Part shown: in pieces, positions 24,409-38,036 of the stretch
Layout: each line of letters begins with the position of its first letter
Position numbering within the stretch: position 1 is the first letter of the stretch
NCBI RefSeq assembly: GCF_006345805.1
Contig: NC_042998.1
Span: forward strand, 11,594,001-11,658,000
DNA length: 64,000 nt
Reading direction: 5' to 3'
Origin: Octopus sinensis
Lineage: Eukaryota
Notes under the pieces: generated by a model
Told to the model about the DNA's origin: nothing
Database searches by the model: none
What the model saw: the letters and a program-made list of their open reading frames with translations, nothing else
Made by a program: the position numbers and the translations under genes

Positions 24409-25280
24409 ATATATATCTAAGGTTCCTGTTGCAGGGGAAGATTGAGAAAGGGATAAAATCATATTCCATCCCAAAAATCTACATTCAATCGGCTTTGCTG
24501 TTCATCCTTCCAGTATAATTTAAATAAGTACCAGTAATACACTACTAGTTTAGATGAAATTGAAACTGGTTTGCAGCTTTGGCTTCAGCTGGAAATTAAC
24601 CCTTTGTTAGTTGCCTGATCTTTCTGAACATGGTTAGTCACATGGGGTGTTGACACACCCCAATACAAAAATGTTTATAGTTTTAGTATTATGTGAAATA
24701 TACTCATTCTGTTGGTTCAGAATATATCTGCAATCACTGCTGAGAAGTTTGAAACCTTTGTAGCTGATTGATATTAATATAAAACAATACTATAAAATTA
24801 GAGAAAAACTAAAAAAATCTTAGATTCAGATCATATTTATTGAGAAAATACCCACAGAATACACCATTTTGTGGAATTTTTTGATATCTATAATGAATAT
24901 TGATATAAAAAATGTAACTTAATGGGCAATCTTTGTTACAATATGCTTTAAATCAAAACTCCAACTGTGTTAGTCACATGGAGTGACTAGACAAAAATGT
25001 CTACCTCCCACGACAACTGAGTCATGACTGTGCCACACCACCTGCCATAGGCCCTCACTGAGTCAGAAGAGTAGAGGAAGGAGCAAAAAAAAAAGCTGCT
25101 AACTGGAAATTACGAATGTTTAAAAAAATTTAGGGTGACAACACACACCTGTGTGACTAACAAAGAGTAATTATTTTTGGCTCAAGCTTTCAGGTTAAGG
25201 TGTGACAGTTTTGGTAAATATATCTCATCTGACAAATACAATAGTGGTTGTTGGAAAAGGTAGTGGAGAGACATTACTAA

Positions 25281-25662
25281 TCTTTATATATAAAAGAGAA
25301 GTTGTGTGTCTGTCTCCTACGATTTAGATTCCTAACTACTCCCACATTTTGCGGTGCAGTTTAACCAAAACTGGGTATCTTTTAGTCGTGATTCATATCG
25401 AGCCCTTCTGGGTATTAGCGCGCGTCTACGATTTAAAAAAAAAATTTACCATCAATTTTTCCCATTTTTAATGCATTTTTGGCATATATAAGGGAAGTAA
25501 CTCTAAAAATTTATTATTAAACCTCAGAACGTAAAAAGCTACAGTCACACACCCCCCTTTGTGGTTAGCCATATTGAGATGGCTATTATACTTTACATCT
25601 CTAAAAATGCTTATATAGTTATTTCCCTTACAAACCCGAGCAACGCCGGGCGATACTGCTAG
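25281..25662 (+). mobile_element. Non-autonomous Helitron, 382 bp
   Basis: Starts TC after an A, ends CTAG before a T, GC hairpin CCCGAGCAACGCCGGG (25635..25650) 8 nt before CTAG, no TSD. Confidence 0.85.
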
Positions 25663-27075
25663 TTCTGAATAAACTATAGACATATAAGTGCTAGTGATTT
25701 TATTTTATATACAGCTAAACCACTAATGAATTTGTCCAATGCTCATAGATTTAGCTGTCATAGGCTTATGTTGAATAGCTGTTACCAACTCTGCTGTCAA
25801 CTGACCATATCAAGATCACTCTTTAGTCTTACTTATGACAAATATGATCAATTAGCTTTTTTGTTGTTGTTTAGCTCCAGGCCGACTCTGACTGAAAAAC
25901 CTGTAATCAAAGGCATTCTAACCATGACTAACCTGTAATTCTTTTGGGCCTTTGTGTATCTAGGTCTACATTATTTAATGTTTTACCTTAGGAAGATTTA
26001 TTTTTTTCTGGAAGCTGAATGAGAGCAGTAAGTTTTATGCAAGTGAAATTTTTCTCTTTAAATTTGCTTGGAACCTGGAGCAAGGAGAGGGAATTATCTT
26101 TGATTAAAAGATCTTTGAAGTTTTAGCAATCCCTGAACTTTCTTCTGTAATCATTGAATCCATTATAAAATTTTGCTGTGTGTGTATATATGTACACACA
26201 AAGGAAGATTTCACATTTTTGTCTAATTTGTATTAATAATTTCATTATTGCGAAGTTCTTGTAAATATCCTCATCTTCCACACTAGCATGGGTTGGGTGT
26301 TAGGCAAACCAGAGAACTGTACCAGTTTCCATTGTCTGCTTTCATGGCTGGATACCCTCTCCAACACCAACCACTTTACAGAGTGTGCTGGGTGCTTTTT
26401 TGTGGTACTGGTACATTCAATGTGGTATCAACACCTGCAGGATCACCTGCTGACAACTTGCATGACAAAGACTTCTCAGCTGGGAGAGGGAGTGGACCTG
26501 AGGGAGGTTGCTTTGTGTTCTTTGGGAGGTTAAAGAATAATAGAGGGATAGAGATTGGTATCTCACCACAGAGGAGATGCTTAGCTTCTCCAGTAGAAAA
26601 AGAAGAGGAAGGAGAGAGTCAGAAAGATAGATAGGCAGTGAGAGAGAGAGAAATGGATGGTGGAATTGTGGGGAAAGAAAGAGGTGTAGAGGATTAATTT
26701 TTATGAGTGAGGAGAGATGTTTAGAGATGAAGAAGTGGTGGTGAAGGAAATTGGAGTGGCGGGGAAGTGGGTATGCTAGATATGAGAGCAAGTGCATGCA
26801 GATAGGCACATGAAGGATAGTAGAGGGCCTGCAGCAGGTGGTGATCATGGATGGGTAGTTGGGTAAGGTGGATTGTATTGAAGTTTTGAAAGAGGTCAGA
26901 TTGCGTGAGGGGAAGCTTGGCTTTAAATAACATGCCTATATGTATGGATGGCCATGATTTTACTTCGTTTGCCATGTCTTCTCAAACAACAAATCACTAA
27001 AAGCCTCAGTCCCTTGTCAACTCTTCTGTCAGGCTCAACATCGAATCATTTCTCACCACCTTGTTACATGTCTTT

Positions 27076-28134
27076 CTGAGAATAGATGTGTACAAATCCT
27101 TCACCATCTTCACAGGTATGAGTTGTCATTCTCTGTGACTGAGCTCCCACAACTCAGGATTGCATGGATTCTTCTGGCGAACTCTTCTCTTTAGTTCTGT
27201 CCACATGAGTTGGTCAATCTTTCAATGCGGTAGCACCTTCATCTTCTAGGCTCTGTTGTGTTGCACACCATCTGTGGCATGGAGCTCCGTCATACTGAAA
27301 AATCTCTACTTCATTTAGGTCTGCTATCAAATTGTCATTCAGTAACTCGATGTATTTGCCACTATTCAAGTTACCATCAATTTTAACCAACTTTCTTGAA
27401 CCATCACTTTTTATGTATCCTCAAAGCTCTTCACTCTTACCCCCAAACTTCACTGTTTTCATTGTGTAACATGGGCTGTTTTGCTTTCCTGGTGGCCTTC
27501 TGACAAATTCTCACTTATTAGAAAGCTAAATGACCCATGTTATACAATGAAAACAGTGAAGTTTGAGAGTAAGGGTCTGATGCTTTGGGGATACATGAAG
27601 TGATGGTTCAAGAAAGTTGGTTAAAATTGACAGTAACTTGAATAGTGCCAAATACATCCAGTTGCTGAAGGACAATTTGATACCAGACCTGGATGAGGTT
27701 GAAATTTTTCAGCATGATGGAGCTCTATGCCACAGATCGCATGCAACACAAGAGTCTGGTTGATGAAGGTGTTACCATATTGAAAGATTGGCTAGCTCAG
27801 AGCCCTGACTTAAATATCATTGAGCAAATTTGAACAGAACTAAAGAGAAGAGTTTGTCAGAAGAATCCACGCAATCTTGAAGAGTTGTTGGAGCTCAACC
27901 ACAGAGAATGGCATCTCAAACCTGTAAAAATGGTGAAGGATTTGAATGCATCTCTTCCTAGGAGCATTGAAGCAATTATTTTAGCTAAGGGAAGCCACAT
28001 GAAATATTAACAATGTACAGTAACTTCTTGAAATGAAAGTTATGTAATGAATTTTCAATATAAACATTTTTCTGTTTTAAAATACTGTATCTTGATTGGT
28101 TTATGTGAGGTGACTGAAAACTTTTGCGTGGCCA
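27076..28134. mobile_element. Decayed Tc1 transposase 3' region present twice as an inverted pair (27076..27489 minus; 27520..28010 plus) with 3' TIR-like end
   Basis: Plus arm encodes FQHDGALCH, WLAQSPDLNIIEQI and AKGSHMKY* (Tc1 DDE motifs, frameshifted); minus arm gives FQYDGAPCH; GACTGAAAACTTTTGCGTGGCCA near 28112..28134 resembles a Tc1 TIR. Confidence 0.88.
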
Positions 28135-28527
28135 TTTTTGGTGGTCATCTCGCATCTTTCCCTCTCATTCCGAACCCCTACTACAAAAGATAAGGATTAG
28201 GTATGGAAATGACTCCAACAGGGTCAATGTTTCATCTGTAAAAAACGCAATGTGAAACATCCACTTATAAGTTGGCAATTAGTGGAAATTTACAATAGTT
28301 TTGCGAAGACATTTGCACAGTACTATATACCCAATTTTTCCCTTTAGATATTTATACTCTGTCATACATGTAATGAATAGATAAAATATTACTACTGCAA
28401 TACCTTTGGTAACTTTGAAATGTGTCTTATAATGAAGTTTGAAATCTGTCTTGTAATGAGGTTTTCTTAATTGATTTTTGTTCAATTGCTTTTTTATTTA
28501 ATTTTAATTTTTTTTTTTTTTTTACAG

Positions 28528-28680
28528 CTAAGGAAAGCTGTTGTGGATCATGTATCTGATTCCTTTCTGGAAACCAACGTTCCTCTTCTTGTGCTCATTG
28601 AAGCAGCCAAAGCTGGTAATGAGAATGCGGTAGAAGAGTTTGCAGTCATATTTACTGAACATGCTAATAAGCTTGTAGAG
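28528..28680 (+). CDS. CTNNA: alpha-catenin exon (153 nt, phase 0-0): LRKAVVDHVSDSFLETNVPLLVLIEAAKAGNENAVEEFAVIFTEHANKLVE
   Basis: poly-T + acag acceptor, gtatgt donor; hallmark M-domain sequence. Confidence 0.98.
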
Positions 28681-31530
28681 GTATGTATCATTATTATCAT
28701 AGTTCCCATCCTTATTGTCATTATCATCAATATCATTTAATATCTATGCTGGCATGGCTTGATGGTTTAACAGGATCCAACCAGCCACAGAATTGTTCCA
28801 AGCTCCAATGTTTTCTACAGCTTGATGCCCTTCTTGCCCATCATTTTATTTGGCAAATTTGAGTGAGCTAATTGCAAGATTGCTTTCTCAGCTGACAACA
28901 CTTCATATTCAAAGGAAGTTTTTAATTGTTCAAAAAGACTGTTTTGACAAGGTTTTCTTAGCACCACCCACTTTACAGTTCTTACTAGGTGTGGCTTTTT
29001 TTTCTGTGTCATTGCATTAACATCATTGAGGTCACTGTGAAGCTTGCAAGACTAAAATCATCTTTGGCTGAATGGAAAGAATGCAGTTGCTTCATACTAG
29101 AAAATGAGAGGTGGAAGTAAGAGAGAAGGCTCCAGAATGGAACAGGTTTCTTGTAGAAGAGTTACATGGCTACTTGCATTATAGAAAAGAAAGTGGAGTT
29201 GGAAAGAGATAAAATAGTGGTGATGAGGTTTTGAGGTGGAACCTCAAAGTGTGAGGATAGAAAAGAGTGCTGGTGAATAGAGATTGTAAGGTGAGGGGAT
29301 GAATATTATGAACAGGTGTTTAAGGGTGATGAGTAGGGGAGGTAGGGAAAAGTAGGTGATGACTAGAAATTGGGTAGGGTTGAGAGGTGGATGTAATGAA
29401 TGGTGGATAAGGGTCAAGGTGGGTGACCAATAATGCATATATGGTAGGAGAGAATAGAAAATAACTGACAGTGCAAAAAAAAAAAAGGTGGTGAGTGAAG
29501 CGCTACAGAAAAAGTAATGATGGTACACTAGATAGGGGTAGGGCAAGAGAGAGAGAAGAGAAAGATGATATATGGTTGTGGGTGATCGATGTAAAAGATT
29601 TGGAGGAAACAGTGTTAAGAATGAAAGATGGATAACAAGTGAACCAGTTCCAAGTAGTAAGAATGGTGTGTGTTATTGGAGGAAAACTGGTCTGTTCTGC
29701 AGTTATATCATTTAATTATGGCAACAGAATTCTGCAGTTAGAGAGATGGTGGATAGTGGGAATGTCTTGAGGAGTCATTTGTGTGTGTGTTACTGTTTTC
29801 TTGCCTTCTCATCACATTACAGTTGTAAACAAGTGTCTTATTTGCAATCATCTGTAAAAATGTCTGGTCATGAGGAAGTGTTATTTTACTTGGAGACAGG
29901 TGAAAGCTGGCAACTAGAAGGGTATCTGGCTGTAGAAAATCTACCTCAGCAATATCCATCTGAGTCATGTGAGCATGGAAAAACAGACATTAAAATGATG
30001 ATAGTGATTGTTTTCAATGAATGGTATTAGATAATGCATGTAACCAAGACTACAATATGTCTTTCTGTTTGGAAAAGAGACACATTGGTCATAGCTACTG
30101 CCTTTGACCGTAAGTCTCCTTATTCTGGATTTACCTAGGATTAAATGAAGTTGGCAACAATACAACTCACTTATTTTGGAGTTGAGGTGATAAAACATTT
30201 GTGGTACTGCATTCTCAAAAATTTAAGAAAATCTAGTTTCCACTTGTATTTGATATTTAAATTGACATTAAAATAAAAAACACTTTCCGATACTGAAGCA
30301 AACAAAATTTTATTACTGTTATTATAGTAATTATTTCTAAGTGTTCCTCCACTATTATTCTAACGGATGTTTTCATAGAGTTGCTTGGCCATAATCACCA
30401 TGTTAATAGATACAAGGAACTCTTGGGTTAAAGTGGGGCAGTTGAGATTGTATAATTGATATATGCTAAATATTTCCTGTCTGCTAAAGTGTATATGAAT
30501 GAGGCTTGATTCTTGTTGCATAATTTTCTCTTTGGTAGTCACTTAAAAGCTGCAATTAGTTTAGACGCCCTCACCCTTTACTCATTTTCTGCTTCTTCAG
30601 TCTTCTCTTTCACAGTGAACAAACCTTTGATTGAAGATATTTTAGCTGTAATCATCTTGTATTTTTAGGGGTAACTAGGGAGACTTGACTTCTATTTCTA
30701 GCTGGTTGAACAATCACATAGACTCCTTTAACTTGTTGGCTTGAGTATAATTTAATATTGGAGATACAGCTGAATTTGCAAGATTTTGATGTGCGTACCT
30801 GTGCGCACACACAGACCTTTAGTGCTGTGTATTTTAAAATATTTTTTTAGTTTTCTATTTTACAAAAAACCTCAGCAAATCAAACTATTATGGTGTTAAG
30901 GGTACTGAGTGAGGGGTTCAGTTTGAATTCTGTGAGGCTTCTGTGACAATTTAGATAAGCTGTACTTTGTGTTTAGAAATCCTTTGAGATCAGTGTAGTA
31001 GGAATAGGCTTTGAATTTGTTCTCGGTTAAGATATTAATAATTTTCAGATGGCTCAGGCCAGTTCACTGTAAATAGGTATACCATGGGTTTGTACAACTC
31101 CCTACTGTATAACCAGCTTTCAGCGCTTGCAAACCATGGCTCATCTTAGGAAAAGAAAGATGTGTTAAGATGAGTTGACCTTTATTTATTACCTGTCTTA
31201 TCATGGGGAACTTTGAAAATATATTTTTCAACCATGGGTAATATCAAGAAATGAGACATACATCCAATATATATATAGTTTAACTTTTATCAAAATTGTA
31301 TAATGAATTGTAATTTTAGAAAAATTATATCTTTAAAATATAATAAATAAAACAAACTTCTCATTTGTATATTTGCATTAAATGTTATTTTTCTAAATAT
31401 TATCAACATAAACATAATCTACTCTTATCAGAAACCTGTCTCTACAATATTTGATCTCCTCTTATTACTACTGTCATTTACACCTCTACTTTTGAGTCTC
31501 TCTCTCACTGTGTGTGTATGTGCGTCAGCA

Positions 31531-31894
31531 TACTCTTTACTCTTTTACTTGTTTCAGTCATTTGACTGTGGCCATGCTGGAGCACCGCCTTTAGTCAAGC
31601 AACTTGACCCTGGGACTTATTCTTTGTAAGCCCAGTACTTATTCTATCGGTCTCTTATGCTGAACCGCTAAGTTACGGGGACTTAAACACACCAGCATCG
31701 GTTGTCAAGCAATGCTAGAGGGACAGACACACAAACACATACACACATATATATATATACATATATACGACAGGCTTCTTTCAGTTTCCGTCTACCAAAT
31801 CCACTCACAAGGCATTGGTCGGCCCGGGGCTATAGCAGAAGACACTTGTCCAAGATGCCACGCAATGGGACTGAACCCAGAACCATGTGGTTGC
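31531..31894 (-). mobile_element. SINE family A, 5' end truncated
   Basis: Reverse complement of family A tail, core and part of head. Confidence 0.88.
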
Positions 31895-32587
31895 TACCAC
31901 GTGTGTAGCATTCCTTACTCATTGCCTGCCACCTAACCAAGCATGCAGACTCGGGCATCTTTATAGAAACTGTCTTTTACTCTCTCTCTCTCTCTCTCTC
32001 CACCTTTCTAGACAATGTAAAGTATAACTGGAGAGCTCAATCAACCAACATTTGTTGCAGCTATTATTAATTAGATGATGGATTAAATGCTTTGTTCAGA
32101 GCATTTCTGATAGCAGTGATAGCACACATTACCAATTAAATTTTCTTTCCTTCACTAAATTACTGTAGGGATATATATTTTTAACCTTTTGCTGATGAAA
32201 GCCAACTGCTTGACCATATTTATGAGAAACAACACAATAACATTGTTATATGAAATTCTTTTGAGAATCTCTTTTTCTTTCTCTCTCCCTACCTCAAACA
32301 ACACCTAATTATCTTCCTAACATAAAAATGGTGGTATGATCCATCAGCCCAGTTTTTTTTTTTTTATAAGGATTAATATTTCAATAAAGTATTGTAAATT
32401 TTTCATCCCTCTCCCTGTTTTTTTTATTATTTTGTTTTATGCATTTTTATACATTTAAGTAAGTTTTCTAATTCATTCTCTATAATAATTTTTCCCACTA
32501 CTGTTGAATCTATATTTATTCCTTGTGTGCATTAGTTAGAGATTTATTCACTCACTTCTGATACACACACACTCATTAACTCATTAA

Positions 32588-33032
32588 CCCTTTCATTACC
32601 AACCCAGCTGAAACCGGCTCTGGCTCTGAGTACAAATGTCTTGTTTTCATAAGTTTTGAATTAAAATCTTCTTCCAAACCTTGGCCACAATTTATGTTCC
32701 TAAAATTAGCTGAATGATAACTAAGTTATTTTACCAAATTCTTTGTTATATTTAACCCTTTAGCATTCAGATTATTCTGTCAAATGTAAAGCTTATGTAT
32801 TCACACCATGTAAAATTAATCTTGCATCATTTCATGGCTTTGAGATTTCAATGATGTGATTGTTTATTTTTAAAAATGACACAATAAGATAGCTATGAAT
32901 GACCATATCTGACTAGTTTGAGCATAAAATAGGTAGAATATTTTGGCTGGATATGGCCGGTTTAAACACTAAAGGGTTAAAGTAATTGAAAGGAACATAG
33001 AGTATATCAAAATAAATACAGTAACAAAAGGG
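32588..33032. mobile_element. piggyBac-like MITE with a second piggyBac-like MITE (32756..32976) nested at an internal TTAA
   Basis: Outer TTAA-CCCTTTCATTAC ... GTAACAAAAGGG-TTAA; inner TTAA-CCCTTTAG ... CTAAAGGG-TTAA. Confidence 0.8.
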
Positions 33033-33580
33033 TTAATCTTCATTCATTTTATTTTCACATTTCTTATACTTCAAACCATCATTCAGTCATTTTACCATAT
33101 CATCTACATTCATTTGTTTCATGAAGCAGCAGTCATTTTCATTCTTTACTTAATCATTCTTTCTTTCTCAGTCATGTTTATTTCTCATCCATTTTCTTCA
33201 TTAGTTAGAATCATCAATTCATTAATTTCCCTTTATATCAATCACATTTGTTTGCTCAGTCTTTTGTTACATTATTCATTAATTCACTCATTATCATGTT
33301 ATGTTAGCTCAGTCTTTCATTCTTTCATTCATTATCCATCATATTCAATCATGGTTACTTATCTATTCACTTACTTTATCAGTTCTTTTCATTCATTTGT
33401 TACATCTATTGCAAGTGGTCAGTGACTTGTTTCCTACCACCTCCTTCATTGTTACATCTATCTCTGTTACAATCTTCCACTTTCTCAATATATCTTGGTC
33501 TCTGTCTTTCCAATCCAGGTGACTAATTTTCCATCATCATGTGTATCATACTCATTCAATTTACCATGTCTTGTCTTTAG

Positions 33581-33673
33581 GTAGCTAATCTTGCCTGTTC
33601 AATGTCCAGCAATGAAGAAGGTGTCAAGATGGTTCGTATTGCTGCAGCTGAAATAGAAAGTCTCTGCCCCCAA
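33581..33673 (+). CDS. CTNNA: alpha-catenin exon (93 nt, phase 0-0): VANLACSMSSNEEGVKMVRIAAAEIESLCPQ
   Basis: ttgtctttag acceptor, gtaagt donor; conserved VANLACS..NEEGVK..LCPQ. Confidence 0.97.
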
Positions 33674-33909
33674 GTAAGTATTATTAATTAATCAGCCTTT
33701 TTTACTCTTGTTGAGTAGCTCTGATCAGTTGTGGTTGAGTATACCTATGACATGGAGGTAACTAAATGAAGAAATCTTCAATGAGTATTGAAGCTAAGGT
33801 CATGGTTTCTTTATTCTTGGGGCATGCTGTCCAAAGATTTACTTACATCTCCAAGCAGTAGCTGTTATATTAAAAGGAGTAAAACAAGTTGAAAGATATA
33901 TTTTTTCTC

Positions 33910-34110
33910 AGCATGGGGCTTTCTCCGTCCGGGTTGCGGATCCGTGGAATAAGCTGCCGGACGAGATAGTGAAGATGCCGACGACCGCTCGGTTCAAAGT
34001 CTCCCTTGACCACAAGTGGCCTGAACTCTTTACATGAACACCACCCTGTACATAACTCCATGTCCCCCTACATGGCCTTGCTTTTTTAGCCAAAAAATTA
34101 ACTAACTAAC
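33910..34110 (+). mobile_element. CR1-type LINE 3' end fragment
   Basis: HGAFSVRVADPWNKLPDEIVKMPTTARFKVSLDHKWPELFT* matches the CR1 ORF2 C-terminal RV..WN.LP motif; short (CTAA)n tail. Confidence 0.78.
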
Positions 34111-35374
34111 ATTGAACAGTATATATATAAAGGATAAAATCCTTTTAAGAGCAGAAAAATTTGCTGGCAACCAGCTATGATTGCTGGCAAAATTTTTATG
34201 CTTTTGAAAAGATTTTATCCTTTATATATTCTGTTCAGTATTTTACATGTTGAAAAAAAAAATTTTTTCTACTTGTTCTACAATACATTTCAACGCTCCA
34301 AAAACAAACCACATTAGAATGACTGGAGACGTGACTTTAAAAGTGGATGAAGCTTGAACATCTTTCTTCATAAGCTTTTTTGATCATGGATGGACCTGGT
34401 GCTAAACAACAATCAACCTTATCTTAATTATCAATAAACAGTATGTGTGGAGGAAGGCTTTGTTTTTTTTTTTTTGTAACAAAGCGTATTTTTCATTTTT
34501 TTATTATTTTTTTTTATTTAAGGTGGCAAGCTGGCAGAATTGTTAGCACACTTAGTAGAAAGTGTAGTGGTATTTCACCCATTTTTACTTTGAGTTCAAA
34601 TTCCACTGGGTTGGCTTTGCTTTTCATCCTTTCAGAGTCAATAAAATAAGTACCAGTTGAGCACTGGGATTTAATTAACTTTGCTCTTCCCCAAAACTGC
34701 TGGCCTTGTGCCAAAATTTGAAACCATTATTATGTTATTTACCAGGTCAGCCTTGATTGAGCATACTTGTTATTAAAGGTATTCTAATCATGACCATCCC
34801 CCCTTTATTTTTTTTTACATGTAGGATTTCATTATCTAACATTTATTTTTTAAGGTAGCAGGTTGTGAAGAAATTTAGTGCTATTGATAGTCAGTCAAGC
34901 AACAGCATAGGGGTTTTGTTGTGTAGGTGGGGCTGCCTTCACAGTGCTATAAATGCCTAGGCAAAGTAATGCTCTTGGACCTTAGTATTTATTTGACAAA
35001 CCAGTGCATTCATAGATTAACATTGAGCCTCGTGAACTTTGATACCTTCCTCCACCTGCTTAGTAACTGCTCAAACAGACCTCTGAACAAAAGTATTCTA
35101 GCCATGATCACATCACTCTTTTCCCCAAGTACAATATTCCTAGAGTCACATTATTCATTGTACCTGCCTTTCCCTAGAAAGTAAGGTGTGATTTGAAAAG
35201 CTGATGAGTTTAATGGTCAGGTAGAGGACCCTTCATTGGCTTGTCCTCATTATTGCTTATACTAAATGTTATGGATGATTGATACTCATTAAATATTGTG
35301 TGATTAATGGTTTCCTGAAATGTTTTAGATTAGTTAACGGTTTTGTTAATGTTATGCTCCTGTTGATGTTATAG

Positions 35375-35531
35375 GTAATCAATGCTGCCAGAATCTTGGC
35401 CGCTCGTTCACATTCCAAAGTAGCCCAAGAAAACATGGCAACATTTAAAGAAGCATGGGTGAAGCAAGTACAACTCCTTACTGAAGCTGTAGATGATATT
35501 ACCACTATTGATGACTTCTTAGCTGTGTCAG
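35375..35531 (+). CDS. CTNNA: alpha-catenin exon (157 nt, phase 0-1): VINAARILAARSHSKVAQENMATFKEAWVKQVQLLTEAVDDITTIDDFLAVS
   Basis: gttatag acceptor, gtaatt donor; conserved VINAA..AVDDITTIDDFLAVS. Confidence 0.97.
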
Positions 35532-37329
35532 GTAATTAACTGAAGTGGTTTTTGTATTTTGTTTTGTTACTTCATATATTGTCTGAATATGTGTGTTGAT
35601 GTGTGATTGTGTGTGCGTAGGTGTGTGATTGTAGGTGTGTGTTTTGTGTGGATGTAATTTTTTTAGTGTGTCTGTGGGCAACACTCCTAATTCAAAACTT
35701 ATTAGGATTAAGGACAACAGCCATAGTCTTTGTTTTAGCATTTTTAGTCTTGAAGGTAACAAGCTGAGATTAATGTTCATTTTGAAACTTTTATTTTATG
35801 CATTAATGATGGGTGGAATAAAGATGGGCAATGAGAATGTTCCAGAGGGTTACACTATTGGTGGGGAAACATTGGAGTTTTGGTATTTCATATATGATCT
35901 CATTCACTTAAATCCTTAAAAATGTTTTAGCCCGAAGGCCGCGGCCATGCTGGGGCACCACCGCTGGAAAAAATATGGAACGCTTCACGAATTTGCATGT
36001 CACAGTAAGGACTACCTTATCCAATATATCCTTCCTTTCTTTCTGTTTGAATATGGTTGTGTAGGTTGAGGGAGGCATAGCTGCTATATTCAGTAAGTTG
36101 AATTGGCTCATCCAGATTCAGTGTCTGTGGTTTCTGCCAGGATCAACTTCTTTTCTTCTTTCCGGGATTATTAGTTTAAATAAGCTGAGTACATTACTTA
36201 TGACTCTACCACTACTACCATCACCACCAAAATGCAAAAAATCAATGCTTAGTGTAGATGAAATATTGATTTGTTTTGCTAGTAACCAAACATGCATATT
36301 TCACTAAATGTAATGTCGGTTTATTACCAAATGATTGATGTTTAATTATAAAAGATGTAGTATAATTAAAACAGTTTTTAATAGCATTCATATTGGTTAA
36401 ACAGATGTTGCGAATGGATCATTGCGCATATGTCTTCCATTGGTGCTGCTTGTTTTTTATTCTTGTTGAGCACAGTCTGTAGACTGGATATTAATTCTTT
36501 ATTAAAGATATTAAGCTTTATTATACTTGATTTTAATGACTCAGTGGAGAAAGGTTAATGTCCTTGAGCTTTTGTGAAACTTCTCAGATATGTTGTGGGG
36601 GAAAAAGGAAAACAGAAACCAATTTGTAGCTTGCTGAAGCAAGAAGCAGTGGACTTGAGATGAAATTTCCCTCTGACCATAGATCTAATCTGAATGTTTG
36701 AAACAGTGGTCTCTGCTAAAGGCACCAAAAAGAGCTTGGTGGCAGCATTATTTTGATAGAATTTTGTGGGAGGGGTTTAGTCAGTTATATCAATTCCAAT
36801 TCTTGACTGGTACTGGAAAACTCTTTACATTGAAATTGCATTCTGCCTCATCAAACTTTCTCTCTCTCCAGAGTCAACAGCATGAAGTAGAAGTCTTTGT
36901 ACTGGGGTTGATGTAATTGACTCTCACTTGAACAAGTCATGCAATGAATTTTAGGTGATCAATTAACTGCTTCCCCAAAATTTCTGGTCATTTGCCTCTA
37001 TTAAAATCTATTATTAAATGCACTAAATTGGCAGAATCATTAGTACATTGGACAAATGAGATGAGACTTCAGGAGGATTTGAATTCAGAACATAGAGCCA
37101 GTTAATGATTCTGTCCATTCTTCTGTGGCTGCTTGAAGAAGATTAACAGAATTGTTAGTGTCAGACAAAATGTTTTGTTGTAGTGTTTTTGCAGTATTTA
37201 TATTCTGGTTTCAAATCATGTCAAGGACAGTTTTGTTTTGCATCACTCCGAGGTTCATAAAATAAAGTACCAGTGAAGTATTGGGGTTAGTGTAATTGAA
37301 TAATACCCTTTCTCTAAAAATTGTCCATA

Positions 37330-37494
37330 GGCGCAGGAGTGGCTGTGTGGTAAGTAGCTTGTTTACCAACCACACGGTTCCGGGTTCAATCCTACTGCGT
37401 GGCACCTTGGGCAAGTGTCTTCTACTATAGCCTCGGGCCGACCAAAGCCTTGTGAGTGGATTTGGTAGACGGAAACTGAAAGAAGCCCGTCGTA

Positions 37495-37540
<46 letters not shown>

Positions 37541-37745
37541 TTTGTGTGTCTGTGTTTGTCCCCCTAGCATTGCTTGACAACCGATGCTGGTGTGTTTACG
37601 TCCCCGTCACTTAGCGGTTCGGCAAAAGAGACCGATAGAATAAGTACTGGGCTTACAAAAGAATAAGTCCCGGGGTCGAGTTGCTCGACTAAAGGCGGTG
37701 CTCCAGCATGGCCACAGTCAAATGACTGAAACAAGTAAAAGAGTA
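37330..37745 (+). mobile_element. SINE family A, full length
   Basis: Head, central (TA)n, TAAAAGAGTA tail. Confidence 0.9.
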
Positions 37746-38036
37746 CCTAATTTGAAATCTATTCTAATTACATAAAATAATGTGCTGAGCTGACAGAATC
37801 ATTAACATCCCAGACTAAATGCAGCCTAGCGTTTTTATCTGTCTTATATGTTCTGATTTTAAATATCACCAAGGTTGACTCTGTATTTGGTCCTTTAATT
37901 TCAATAAACAAGCTTACTGGTTGAGCAGTGGGGTCGTTGCGAGCAACTAACCTCTCCCAGCAAAATTTCAGGCCTTGTGCCTATACTAGAAAGGATTGTT
38001 ACAAAATGAAATTCTTATTTTTAATTTCTCTTTCAG

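Noticed and set aside
26270-26990. Purine-rich ORFs (also 29244..29546)
   Set aside because: Low-complexity, biased composition with no recognisable domain; likely decayed retroelement sequence.
32192-32215. CTGATGA AAGC-CAACT-GCTT hairpin
   Set aside because: Followed by GACC rather than GAAA; no stem III or cleavage site.
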